The position numbers and the translations under genes were made by a program. Of a DNA stretch of 64,000 bases, positions 1 through 10,111 are shown piece after piece (positions within the stretch are counted from its first letter, which is position 1; every line of letters starts with the position of its first letter). The stretch comes from a virus: the IMG/VR virus record IMGVR_UViG_3300021963_006415, positions 28,632 to 92,631 of that record; one strand, written 5' to 3'. The notes below the pieces were generated by a model. It searched no databases. It saw nothing but the letters and a program-made list of their open reading frames with translations, and had not been told where the DNA came from.

Positions 1-624
1 ATATTCTTTTATTTTTTGCAATATTTCTTCGTAAAATAATCTATGTCCTTCAAAAGACCAATGCCCATCGTTTATCTCTGCATCCACATGATTAATTCTT
101 TCCCATTTATTTTGATAACCATCTTCTAAATCCCAAACAATACAACACTTTACTTTTTTATAAGTTTCAATTATTTTTTTAAAAAATTGAATCCTTTCAA
201 TCCATCTATTATTATTTAAATCGGAATCGATAATTGATAATGTGTACATCAATGGAGCTATTTCATTTTCTACATATCCTTTTTCTTTTAGATGTAATTC
301 TGATGCTGGTGTTATTGTTTTCCAATATTGTGTACCATCTTCTGCTTTTTCACATATATCAAATCTGTGTGAGAATGTTTTTTGTATTATAACGATATCA
401 CCTTTTCCGATTAGTTCAAAATTATGTATAATACTATCAATTATATAATCGTTACCGATTGCTCCCATACCAAAATTAAATAATTTTAAATTTAATTTTT
501 TAGCCAAATGTTCAGGCCATATTAAATCATTTTCTGATTTTTTATATTTTAAAAAATATGGGTCATCTGATAAGCATCCGTTTCCACACGTAAATGAACA
601 TCCAAATACAATTAGTTTATTCAT
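1..624 (-). CDS. SGNH/GDSL-like hydrolase (3' end runs off the window)
   Basis: Not in the ORF track. Manual translation from ATG 624 gives MNKLIVFGCSFTCGNG...WPEHLAKKL...NFGMGAIGNDYI...KDGHWSFEGH, i.e. G(C/D)S block I and DxH block V. Confidence 0.75.
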   Translation of the reverse strand, partial: MNKLIVFGCSFTCGNGCLSDDPYFLKYKKSENDLIWPEHLAKKLNLKLFNFGMGAIGNDYIIDSIIHNFELIGKGDIVIIQKTFSHRFDICEKAEDGTQYWKTITPASELHLKEKGYVENEIAPLMYTLSIIDSDLNNNRWIERIQFFKKIIETYKKVKCCIVWDLEDGYQNKWERINHVDAEINDGHWSFEGHRLFYEEILQKIKEY

Positions 625-625
625 A

Positions 626-1522
626 TTAATTTACATCCGATTTACTTTTATCAAAGTATCCGTTTTCATACCAATCTTTTGATATATTAAATATTTCTTG
701 CCAATCATTGATACTATGCAATCCTTTATCTTCAGCTTCTTTTCTAACAACATAATATGGGTTGGCATGCTCTGCATATGGATGAATGTTCCAATTTGTT
801 AAGTATTTATATAATAACGTTCCGGGGCCATAATAAAATTCTGGAAATTGTACAAATTCTTGTGTTACCTTTTGCTCTCTACCAACATTCATTATTTTTT
901 TATACCATCTATATAGTTGCGCTGTTATATCCATTGTAGTTGAATCTCCATAAAAAAATACATCATCAAAACAAACCTGATTAAATTCATTGGGAAATCT
1001 CGTTGGAGTTGGAGATGATGCATATGCTGTAAATGGTTTTAAAGAATGTACATAAAACTTATTAATTGGTAATCCAAATTTATTAACCCCTTCTTGTGGA
1101 AAATTAATATCAAATCTAGTTTTGATAACCATATCATAAGTCATATCTTTCATTAACTCATATCTACGTTTAAGTTCTATACTCTTCATAAAACTATAAA
1201 ACATACCTTCCCATGCTTCTAAAAAAGCATCGGAATTATATGTTTCATATTCCATTAATTTTGGTTTGAATGCAAATTTAATTTCGCTTTCTTCGTTTGG
1301 ATTATCTATTTTACAATCCACATTTTCCCAACGGGGTTGTGTTTTGTTTCTGTAACTATTTGTATCCCATGTATGGATAAAATAATCCACATTTACTTTA
1401 CAATTTTTATCTTTATTAATTTTTACATCAAAATAGTTAATTATATTTTCTTTAGCAGCTCTCCAAGTACGAGATTGCCCGCTTAAACAAACTGCTATAT
1501 TATATGTTGTTATTTTTTTCAT
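626..1522 (-). CDS. Putative glycosyltransferase-like protein, 'IAVCLSGQ' family (paralog 3)
   Basis: IAVCLSGQxR, DYFIHTW, YDMVIKTRFD and DVFFY motifs shared with the next two ORFs. Confidence 0.5.
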   Translation of the reverse strand: MKKITTYNIAVCLSGQSRTWRAAKENIINYFDVKINKDKNCKVNVDYFIHTWDTNSYRNKTQPRWENVDCKIDNPNEESEIKFAFKPKLMEYETYNSDAFLEAWEGMFYSFMKSIELKRRYELMKDMTYDMVIKTRFDINFPQEGVNKFGLPINKFYVHSLKPFTAYASSPTPTRFPNEFNQVCFDDVFFYGDSTTMDITAQLYRWYKKIMNVGREQKVTQEFVQFPEFYYGPGTLLYKYLTNWNIHPYAEHANPYYVVRKEAEDKGLHSINDWQEIFNISKDWYENGYFDKSKSDVN

Positions 1523-2364
1523 ATTATGCTTTTATTTATGTTTGGATTTGCTTCAATAGTACCTCTTATTATATCCGGGTCGATTTTTAATCTTACATTT
1601 TTAATATCAAACATTCTTATTACATATGCTAATATTGATTCAACTTTGACATCAAATGGGAATATATCCGGTGATAATTGTGGTAAATAATTATAAACAT
1701 TTGATACAATATCATATGTAAAACTATCTGAGTAAAAAAATATATCACCAATAGCATCATGTGGAAAATACTCTGTATTGAAGCTATGAACAGAATATAA
1801 TGTTCTTTCTTTTGGTTTTTCAAAATCATTTGTAAATATCATACGATTTAAATAATCAAAACTTAAATCACTCCTCATTCTAACAACCATATCATATTCA
1901 AATCCATTTTCAAATTCATAATTACGTTTCAGTTCAGCCGCTCTCATAATACCATATAATTGCGCTCCAGCCCAACTAATTGGTGCCCATTTTGTATAAT
2001 CTCCCAATCTCCATTGTGTTCTTGCATCCAATTCTTCTTTTCTACTGGTACTTTTGAATATATTTTCAATTAAATGTCTTTTTGGTTTTATGGTTTGTAA
2101 AAATTCTTCAATCTCTTCTTTACTAACTCCTTCTGCGGGCGGCTGTTCAAATCCTGTATGGAATTTTCCAGCATCCCATTGTTGTTTTGTCCAAACTGCA
2201 AATGGCGTACTATTAAAATCCCACGTATGTACAAAATAATCAACTTCAATATCATCACCATCAATTTCTGGTGAGGTTTTTAATTCATTAAAAAATGCAT
2301 CCCAACTTTTTTGAGCATCTTTCCAAGTTCTTAATTGACCGCTTAAACAAACTGCTATTCTCAT
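1519..2364 (-). CDS. Putative glycosyltransferase-like protein, 'IAVCLSGQ' family (paralog 2)
   Basis: MRIAVCLSGQLR, DYFVHTW, YDMVVRMRSD, DIFFY. Confidence 0.5.
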   Translation of the reverse strand: MRIAVCLSGQLRTWKDAQKSWDAFFNELKTSPEIDGDDIEVDYFVHTWDFNSTPFAVWTKQQWDAGKFHTGFEQPPAEGVSKEEIEEFLQTIKPKRHLIENIFKSTSRKEELDARTQWRLGDYTKWAPISWAGAQLYGIMRAAELKRNYEFENGFEYDMVVRMRSDLSFDYLNRMIFTNDFEKPKERTLYSVHSFNTEYFPHDAIGDIFFYSDSFTYDIVSNVYNYLPQLSPDIFPFDVKVESILAYVIRMFDIKNVRLKIDPDIIRGTIEANPNINKSII

Positions 2365-2365
2365 T

Positions 2366-3250
2366 TTATTTTTCTTTTAATTCATCAATATAATATTCAA
2401 CATCATTATCAATAATATATTTATCTTTTAATAAACTAATATAATATCCTTCCGGAGTCATTGAATTTTTATTTGGGTTTCCATAATAATAATCCTCACA
2501 CCCAATACATTTATCATAAATACTTGTATATTCCAAACACTCTGGCCTTAACACAACATATCCTGTTTCTCCACCAAAATATCTTTGTTTAAAATCACAC
2601 ATTTTTACACCATTTAAAATACAATGTTTTATAAATCCATAAAAATTTTCACTGCCAAAGGCTAGCCCCCAATTTACCCATTTCAAATAATATTCGGATA
2701 CTATATTCATTGATTTTGTGTTTGATAAAAAGTAAACATCATCTACTGTGTTTGTATTTATTGAATAATCTCTTGCTAAATTTTCTATATAAATTTTTCC
2801 TGAATTCAAATCTTTCTCATAAAGCTCTATATCTTGACTTAACTTTCTATTATAATTAAAAAAAACATCTGGTCTTAGTTTTATAACATAATCATATTCA
2901 AATGAATTTTCTTTTTCAAATTCTTTTTTTAACTCTACGCTTTTATAAAAAGAATACCATAATGGCTGCACTATGTTAAATATTTTTAATTCATCTCTCA
3001 CCGATGCATAATTTTCAATAACAATTTTTTTAGGTTTATAATTTTGATTTATTGTTTCAATTTCATCTTCGTATAATTTTGTTTCTCTCGAAAATACATT
3101 AGATAAATTATAACATTTTTGCTTATTTATATCCCAAGTATGAATAAAAAAATCACAACTTGGATACAATATTCCAAAAAATTCTTTCAAATCATTATAA
3201 CAATTATTTCCAGTTCTCCACTGTCCACTAAAACAAACTGCTATTCTCAT
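2366..3250 (-). CDS. Putative glycosyltransferase-like protein, 'IAVCLSGQ' family (paralog 1)
   Basis: MRIAVCFSGQWR, DFFIHTW, YDYVIKLRPD, DVYFL. Confidence 0.5.
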   Translation of the reverse strand: MRIAVCFSGQWRTGNNCYNDLKEFFGILYPSCDFFIHTWDINKQKCYNLSNVFSRETKLYEDEIETINQNYKPKKIVIENYASVRDELKIFNIVQPLWYSFYKSVELKKEFEKENSFEYDYVIKLRPDVFFNYNRKLSQDIELYEKDLNSGKIYIENLARDYSINTNTVDDVYFLSNTKSMNIVSEYYLKWVNWGLAFGSENFYGFIKHCILNGVKMCDFKQRYFGGETGYVVLRPECLEYTSIYDKCIGCEDYYYGNPNKNSMTPEGYYISLLKDKYIIDNDVEYYIDELKEK

Positions 3251-3252
3251 AA

Positions 3253-4002
3253 TTAATAATATACGTTTCCTTCTATATAAATTTGTGGGTAGTTACCATT
3301 AAATGCGTAATTCCAAAGTTTATATCTATTCGATATTTTAAAATCACAAAAGAAGGCAAAATATTTAGTTAGTTCCAAATTTGGATTAAATATCTTATAA
3401 TTTCCAAATATGTTTTTAGAATACTTTGAATCATAATTTTTTATAATATCTTGTACATCTAAATTTAATATTTTTTTTGAAGAACAAAATATTATTTCAT
3501 ATTCAAAATCACCAATTCCTCTTGTATCTTCATCGCCAAACATACTACCACACCCAATCCAAAATGGTGAATCTTTATAAGATAATTTATTAAACCCAGA
3601 ATATACTATACTTCCTACTATATTACCATTTAAATAGCACGATATTTTTGCTTTATCATCATCATTAATCATATATAAATCCACAAAATCTTCCATATCC
3701 GAATCTTTCAATTCTACATGTACTTGTTTAACGGATTTAGTACCATCTTCTTCGTTTTCGAACCAATATGTGTATTGTAAAAATACTTTGTCCAATTGAT
3801 TTTTAAAAACGGATATACCAGAATGCATTCCGCTTCTAGAAATAATAAATGATTCTTTTTCTGTCAATTTTTCTTTATCTATTTTTACTCTTGCAAAAAG
3901 AGTAAAATCCTTTTCCATAGAACCACCAATATTTGATTCTTTAAAGGATACATTTGATGGTAAAATCAAATATAAATTATCTGCATTTATTTTTAAACTC
4001 AT
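3253..4002 (-). CDS. LamG/concanavalin A-like domain protein
   Basis: DFTLFARVK...ISCYLNG...PFWIGC pattern resembles the LamG inserts in the neighbouring GT7 genes. Start moved to ATG 4002, which forms an ATGA overlap with the radical SAM stop. Confidence 0.5.
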   Translation of the reverse strand: MSLKINADNLYLILPSNVSFKESNIGGSMEKDFTLFARVKIDKEKLTEKESFIISRSGMHSGISVFKNQLDKVFLQYTYWFENEEDGTKSVKQVHVELKDSDMEDFVDLYMINDDDKAKISCYLNGNIVGSIVYSGFNKLSYKDSPFWIGCGSMFGDEDTRGIGDFEYEIIFCSSKKILNLDVQDIIKNYDSKYSKNIFGNYKIFNPNLELTKYFAFFCDFKISNRYKLWNYAFNGNYPQIYIEGNVYY

Positions 4003-5417
4003 ATAGTAATTGTTGAACAAAAGTGATAAAATTCTTCTAATTCAGGAAATGTTTTACAAAAATCAGTTCCTCTTCTTCTATCGTGCTCACTAAAGTATTT
4101 GTAAAAATTATGTCTATTTTTTAGTTGTTGCATTGAATCTTGTGGTGCTAACATCCAATCATAAATTCTTTTAATTTTTTGAACTTCTACATCACTATAA
4201 CCAATTTGTGTTGAGTTAAATGATGGTGTTGAAAAGAATGTTGCTAATTTTGCTTGATTCATTATTTTTTCAGAAAACTGATATGGTAGTATCTGAACAG
4301 TCTGATGTAGTGGCCATCTTAAATACGATGAATCTAAAAACGTTGCAGAGTTCCAGTACCTATATGGACTTGCGTATGTTTCTTTTAATTTATAAACTTC
4401 TTTTATAAATTTATCATAATTTAAAACAGATAATGCATTATATGTAACCATAAATGTAATAACTATTTTTGGGCAACTTAACAATATTTTATTTATGTTA
4501 TCCCAAAAACGATTAAATTCTAAACCTGTTCTAATATATTCCGCCTGTTGCCCCCAAGTATCGGCAGATGTAAATAAAATTAATTCTTTTACCTTTCCAC
4601 CATCTTCAATTTTTTTTATTTTTTCAATAAGTTTATCAATCAAAGCATCAGGTACACCTAAATTAGAATTAATTGCTAATTTAAGATTTTTATTTGGATT
4701 CTTTTCGCTAATAATATAATCTAATACTCTCCATGTATCTTTTGATAATAATGGTTCTCCGCCCGTTATTCTAAATGTGTGTAAACTATGATATAATTCG
4801 GGCCACCACTTCCAAAATGCTTCAACGTATGGATTATGTTCTCTTTGTGGAATTGGCATTTTATCTTCTCGCTTCATCCAAGTTATATCATTAAAATTAT
4901 CAGTAGTTGGGTATCCGCCATATTCTTCAATTTCTTCCATCCAAGTTGTACTAAATGATGGTCCGCAATACGAACATTTAAAGTTACATGTATTTGAAAA
5001 GGCTACTTCCACATATTTTGGATTGTAATCATCTCTCCAATCTGAATTAAAAATTTCTTCTTTATGTTCCCAACTCCAACTTTCAGAAGATTTAAAAACT
5101 CTATCTGAAAAACGGTCTGAATTATCTTCTACATTCCAACAATAATCACATTCCGTTGGACGTGCTCCACTCAACATTTCTTTTCTTTTTAATTTTTTAA
5201 AACGAGTGTTATGAAGTGCTGATGGATTTCGTGCTATTTCTTGCTCTGAAATTTTATGAGTGGCTGGGTGGTGACAAGAGTGATTGTGCCCACTTTGTAG
5301 TTGTAAAGTAACCTGTGTCCATTTAGCAAGACACATACCTGGCCCTATTGAATCTAACTCATTTTTTATTTGGACATATAATGGATTTTCTCCTTTTATA
5401 ATTTTATCTTCTGCCAT
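3999..5417 (-). CDS. Radical SAM protein with N-terminal Twitch-type Cys domain
   Basis: CNFKCSYC (CxxxCxxC), TGGEPLL; N-terminal CLAKW...SCHH...CDYCW. Confidence 0.85.
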   Translation of the reverse strand: MAEDKIIKGENPLYVQIKNELDSIGPGMCLAKWTQVTLQLQSGHNHSCHHPATHKISEQEIARNPSALHNTRFKKLKRKEMLSGARPTECDYCWNVEDNSDRFSDRVFKSSESWSWEHKEEIFNSDWRDDYNPKYVEVAFSNTCNFKCSYCGPSFSTTWMEEIEEYGGYPTTDNFNDITWMKREDKMPIPQREHNPYVEAFWKWWPELYHSLHTFRITGGEPLLSKDTWRVLDYIISEKNPNKNLKLAINSNLGVPDALIDKLIEKIKKIEDGGKVKELILFTSADTWGQQAEYIRTGLEFNRFWDNINKILLSCPKIVITFMVTYNALSVLNYDKFIKEVYKLKETYASPYRYWNSATFLDSSYLRWPLHQTVQILPYQFSEKIMNQAKLATFFSTPSFNSTQIGYSDVEVQKIKRIYDWMLAPQDSMQQLKNRHNFYKYFSEHDRRRGTDFCKTFPELEEFYHFCSTITI

Positions 5418-5421
5418 GTTA

Positions 5422-6894
5422 TTATTTTATACAATGAACGTTTATCATTTTGTGTTTATCAAATATGGTTTTTGTATTTAGATATTTAAACTTACTATCT
5501 AAGTTACTCATACCATCTTTTTTATAATCTATTTTTCCTTGCTGCATTTCTAATACATATCTTCTTTCGTTTGCAGCTGTTGTTTCTCCCTTTGCCCATT
5601 TTTCTATTCCGCCAACGTTTATTAAACCTTCGGTTTGATGTGGCAAACATAAAAATTTACCATCTCTTCTATGTGGTAAAACTACATCGGAAATTTTTAT
5701 TTCTCTATCTTCAAATGTTACATTTTTGCAAACACCATCATTTAATTCTGCTTGGTCTACAACTCTTCCAACTTCATCAAATTCTTTAAAATTATAGTGA
5801 AGTAACAATCCTTTTGTAGAAAATTGTTTATGTAATAATTCTATTTCAGCTGAATTTAATGCTCTATCCCAAAATTTTATATCAGCTATTTCTCCTTTAA
5901 AGAATGCATTTGGTTCAAATCCAGCTACCGATGTTGTATGTCCAATATAAAATGGTTCACTTCCATATCTTTTTAAATTATGTTCATATCTTATGGGTGA
6001 TTCTGTGCCCGTACCATGTCTTGCACTATTTTCTCTACCATTTAGATACAAATGCATGTTTTTATTATAGTCATCTACAACCATTGTAATCCAACTCCAC
6101 TCACCCTCATATCTTTTAAACCATTGATATATGTGCTCTTTGTGAGCGGTCCATAACATAGATGTATATGCTCTACTATTGTTAAAAGATAATCCCCAAT
6201 CATACCCTGGTTTTCTAATAATTGGATATTCTACAAATTTCCTTTCGGAATCACCAATTAACCAAATTGGAACTTTTTCTATTTGTTGGTCTGCTTTTAC
6301 TAATACAGATATTGTATGAGAACTATTTAAAGCAAATCTCATATTTTCACTGCATGGTATTTTTATCATCGATGATTTTCCATCAAATATAGCGGCTGTT
6401 TTTACTTTATCAAATTCAATGAATTGTCTATCAGCCATTCCCTCCATAACACATCTCCAAAATAGGTCATCATCCTCCATACCCCAATCCCAATAATCGT
6501 TTGAATATCCATTGGTTTTTTCTACTTGTTCTTTTGAGAATAAAACTGCACCACCAAAGTATTCATAATATTTTAAAGCATAATCGGATTGAGATATACG
6601 AACTGCAATATGTTGTGGATTATCTTCTGGAAATGAATAATCACAACTTTCATCTTCCGGCACCATATCAATATCGTGCCAAACAATGTAATCACACCCA
6701 TCTTCAAATGCGTATTTAGCAGCTACGTTTTTCATAAGTCCTCTATTAAAAAGGTACTCATCGCATTGATGTGCCAAATATATAGTATGGTCTATTCCTC
6801 TTTCATCCAAAAATTTAGATACTTTAGGAACAAACTCATTCATATGAGCTTCTCTATTTCTATATGGTACGCAAACGCCTAACTTATGCCCCAT
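5422..6894 (-). CDS. GT7 (beta-1,4-galactosyltransferase-like) with inserted LamG domain
   Basis: VPYRNR, FNRG, HDID (DxD), YFGGA, NGYSNDYWDWGMEDDD, then LamG (FDGKSS...LYLNG...FYIG...FKGEIADIKFWDRAL), then the GT7 C-terminal segment (HRRDG...DGMSNL). Confidence 0.85.
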   Translation of the reverse strand: MGHKLGVCVPYRNREAHMNEFVPKVSKFLDERGIDHTIYLAHQCDEYLFNRGLMKNVAAKYAFEDGCDYIVWHDIDMVPEDESCDYSFPEDNPQHIAVRISQSDYALKYYEYFGGAVLFSKEQVEKTNGYSNDYWDWGMEDDDLFWRCVMEGMADRQFIEFDKVKTAAIFDGKSSMIKIPCSENMRFALNSSHTISVLVKADQQIEKVPIWLIGDSERKFVEYPIIRKPGYDWGLSFNNSRAYTSMLWTAHKEHIYQWFKRYEGEWSWITMVVDDYNKNMHLYLNGRENSARHGTGTESPIRYEHNLKRYGSEPFYIGHTTSVAGFEPNAFFKGEIADIKFWDRALNSAEIELLHKQFSTKGLLLHYNFKEFDEVGRVVDQAELNDGVCKNVTFEDREIKISDVVLPHRRDGKFLCLPHQTEGLINVGGIEKWAKGETTAANERRYVLEMQQGKIDYKKDGMSNLDSKFKYLNTKTIFDKHKMINVHCIK

Positions 6895-6897
6895 AAT

Positions 6898-8325
6898 TTA
6901 AATTAATACAGATAAGTGATGATATTTTTCTATATGTGTATCCCCAATTGTTTGATACAAACAGCTGTTTAATCCATCCTTTTTAGTATCATACAAATCT
7001 TGCTTTATCTCATTAAGAAATTTTATCTGATTTATTCTAGTTTCATTATGAACCCACTTTCCACTTTCCCAACTATTTGTTTTATGTGATAGCAATTTAA
7101 ATAAACCAACACGTCTATATGGTACATCTATTGTTTTACCCAATGATTCTTGTGATTTAATAAAATGAGAATTAAATACTTGTCCATCATTTTTATTAAA
7201 TGTTAAATCCATTATGTAATTATTTTTTACAAATTTAGAATCATAGTATAACATTAATTTTTCTGAAGAATTATATCCTCTAAAATTTTCTAATAAAGAG
7301 TTTTCCAAAGCGTTCTCTGAAAGTGTTTGTATTTCTTTTGGATTTAATATATCATTGAATATAGCAAACTCTGATATAATTCCTGAAAAATAATTTGGAT
7401 TACTTCTTTTAGGGTCTCCTACTCCTAAATAAAAATGTTGTTCTTTTGAATAATCTTTTAATTTTCCTTTATATAAAATTTCTTCTATCAATTCACCATC
7501 TTTATAAAACGAAATTGTTTTTTCTATGGCATTTATTACTAAAGCAATTTGTGTAAAATGGTTTGTAAGTATTTCTGAATTTATTGAAATACATTTGTTT
7601 TTATCATCCCAAATATCAACTTTATATCTTCTAAATGAATTAAAAGAAATATTAGTATCATATCCTGGTATGGAAAATGCAGTGAAATCATCATATTCAT
7701 TATTTGGGTTGGATACCAAATCATCTGGTTTAAAACTTATTAAGATAGTTCTATTTTTTGAGAAATCTAATAAATCTTTTTTTTCAATTTTAATATGTGA
7801 TTGTGAACCATCAAAATATAAACCATAAACATTTTTTATGTCATTTTTTCCAATTATTGTAGTGTCCAAAGGTAAGTTTTCCTTTTTACTTCTAAATAAA
7901 AGGTCATCATCTTCAAACCCCCATCCCCAATATAAATTAGAATACCCATTTATTTTTTCAAATGCTTCAATTGAAAACATGGTAACTCCGCCGAAATAAT
8001 CTTCGAATGATAGATTTTTTGATTTATCATTTTCTAATTCAAATTCTGTTGCTAAATGAAGTGGTATATCTGAATAAGAATAATCAACATCCAATGGAAT
8101 CATGTCCACATCGTGAAACACTACATAGTCGCATTCTAATTTTTTAGCTTCTAAAAACCCAACATTTAATAATTTTCCTCTATTAAATGGTTTTTTATCA
8201 GATTGCTCTACAACTATTAATTCGTATTCTATATTGTTGTTCAAAAGATAGGCTGGAACATTTTTTATAAACTTTTCTAAATGTTCTGGTCTATCTCTAT
8301 ATGGAACTATAACTCCTAATTTCAT
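6898..8325 (-). CDS. GT7 (beta-1,4-galactosyltransferase-like) with inserted LamG domain
   Basis: IVPYRDR, FNRGKLLNVGF, HDVD, YFGGV, INGYSNLYWGWGFEDDD, LamG insert, DGLNS. Confidence 0.88.
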   Translation of the reverse strand: MKLGVIVPYRDRPEHLEKFIKNVPAYLLNNNIEYELIVVEQSDKKPFNRGKLLNVGFLEAKKLECDYVVFHDVDMIPLDVDYSYSDIPLHLATEFELENDKSKNLSFEDYFGGVTMFSIEAFEKINGYSNLYWGWGFEDDDLLFRSKKENLPLDTTIIGKNDIKNVYGLYFDGSQSHIKIEKKDLLDFSKNRTILISFKPDDLVSNPNNEYDDFTAFSIPGYDTNISFNSFRRYKVDIWDDKNKCISINSEILTNHFTQIALVINAIEKTISFYKDGELIEEILYKGKLKDYSKEQHFYLGVGDPKRSNPNYFSGIISEFAIFNDILNPKEIQTLSENALENSLLENFRGYNSSEKLMLYYDSKFVKNNYIMDLTFNKNDGQVFNSHFIKSQESLGKTIDVPYRRVGLFKLLSHKTNSWESGKWVHNETRINQIKFLNEIKQDLYDTKKDGLNSCLYQTIGDTHIEKYHHLSVLI

Positions 8326-8333
8326 ATTTTAAT

Positions 8334-8651
8334 TTAGACTGTTTCTATATCTTTTTTTGGTCTTACCTTTCTAACAGGCATTGGATTTGATTCGGATTCA
8401 ACTGATTCTACATCATCACCCGTGTTAGCTTTAGATTTAGCTAAGTTGTGAAATTCGTATAAATAATACGCAATTCTTTCACTCCAATCTTTTTTATCGA
8501 TTTCTTCAAACCAAATGGTTAGTGCATCTAATGAATTTGCAATTTTTTCTAATGCTTTAACTTTTCTAGTTTCTAAAACAACTAATTCTAAATTGGTTGG
8601 TTGTTGTGATTGTTCCTGCGTTGTTACTTCTTCTTTTTTGTTTGTAGCCAT
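8334..8651 (-). CDS. Hypothetical protein
   Basis: 105-aa ORF packed between operon-like neighbours. Confidence 0.6.
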   Translation of the reverse strand: MATNKKEEVTTQEQSQQPTNLELVVLETRKVKALEKIANSLDALTIWFEEIDKKDWSERIAYYLYEFHNLAKSKANTGDDVESVESESNPMPVRKVRPKKDIETV

Positions 8652-8656
8652 AATAA

Positions 8657-10111
8657 TTAAATTTTAATTGAATGTATGAATATGTTTTCTTTTATTTTTT
8701 TAGTATCTTTTAAATCATATGATACTGTATTTAATCCAAATTTATCGGTATTTAAAACACCAGATGCTATTTCGTAGAAAAATATTTTTTCATTTTCTAC
8801 AAAATTTTCATCCTTTTCATCCCACTTATAGTTATCTAATTTAAGGAATTTTTTTGAATTTTCCAAAATTTCAAAATAACCAGGAGATTCTTCCGGCATA
8901 TCAAATTTGTAAGATACGTTTATATCTTCTTTTTCAATTTCTGATATAAGACCCGTAGATATTCCTCTCATATTACTTTTTGATTTTTTAGATACATCTA
9001 CATAAAAATCTCCAAATCTTTTATCAAATGGAATGTTAATTACAGGTTCAAATGTAGTGGTTTTTTCTTTATATCCATCTACATATATTTTTTGAATTTC
9101 CGATTGTTTTAGGGCATAATCAAAAATTAATAATTCTGATATTTTTCCTCTTAGATTATTTTTATACTCTAAACTGCCTACCCACACATCACTTTTAGAT
9201 GAATTTAAAATATTTGATGATATTGGTAATCTGCTGACATCTTTACCATTCATATATAAAATCATTTCTGAATTATTCAAATCAACTGTAAGAGCTATGT
9301 TAACCCACTCATTACAATAATTTCTATGTGGAAACCATATTTGTTGCAACTCTTTTTTATCGTTCCAAATTTGTGCAACTACTGCTTCGTTTTTCATAAC
9401 GAACAATCCAATATCATATCCTTTTTTACCTACTATACAAGCATTTTGTATTTGATTATCATTTATATAAACATTAGCAGAAATAGTAAAAGAATCATTA
9501 AATGTTAAATCTGTAATTTTATTTGATTTAATAACCCCACATATATTATCACTACATAAAAACGGATATATTGTTTTTTTAATTTCTCTATTTGCAAGTT
9601 TATTATCAGTCAATATGTGTGGTTTGTATATGTTTTTTGTAAAAAACTTACTTAGATTCAAATATCCACTTTTATTCAATCTATAAAGTAAATCATTCCA
9701 ATGAAATACTCCACCCCAATAATCATTACTAAATCCGTTTATTTTTTGAAATTGTTGTTTGTTTATTTTAAATGCACCACCAATCCAATCTGCGTAAGGT
9801 CTTAAATTTGGGCACAAATGAGTTGGTTTATCCGAATACCAATAATCACATCTTTCATCTTTTGGTAATACATCTATATCCTGAAAAACGAAATAGTCGT
9901 GGTCATCTTTTGTTAGTTCAAATCCTATATTACACAATTTACCATAATTAAAATATAAATCAGCATACTTTTGATTCATAAAGTGGATAGTATAATCCAT
10001 TTTATCTTCTAAAAAATATTCCATATGACCGGAAAACTTATACATTTCATCTAAACGATTTTCTGTATAAGGTACTATAATAGCTAATTTTTTACCTTTT
10101 GCATCTTTCAT
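8657..10111 (-). CDS. GT7-like/LamG protein with degenerate catalytic motif
   Basis: IIVPY, FNYGKLCNIGF, QDID and INGFSNDYWGG retained, but VFHWNDL replaces xEDDD; LamG insert; FGLNT. Confidence 0.75.
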   Translation of the reverse strand: MKDAKGKKLAIIVPYTENRLDEMYKFSGHMEYFLEDKMDYTIHFMNQKYADLYFNYGKLCNIGFELTKDDHDYFVFQDIDVLPKDERCDYWYSDKPTHLCPNLRPYADWIGGAFKINKQQFQKINGFSNDYWGGVFHWNDLLYRLNKSGYLNLSKFFTKNIYKPHILTDNKLANREIKKTIYPFLCSDNICGVIKSNKITDLTFNDSFTISANVYINDNQIQNACIVGKKGYDIGLFVMKNEAVVAQIWNDKKELQQIWFPHRNYCNEWVNIALTVDLNNSEMILYMNGKDVSRLPISSNILNSSKSDVWVGSLEYKNNLRGKISELLIFDYALKQSEIQKIYVDGYKEKTTTFEPVINIPFDKRFGDFYVDVSKKSKSNMRGISTGLISEIEKEDINVSYKFDMPEESPGYFEILENSKKFLKLDNYKWDEKDENFVENEKIFFYEIASGVLNTDKFGLNTVSYDLKDTKKIKENIFIHSIKI

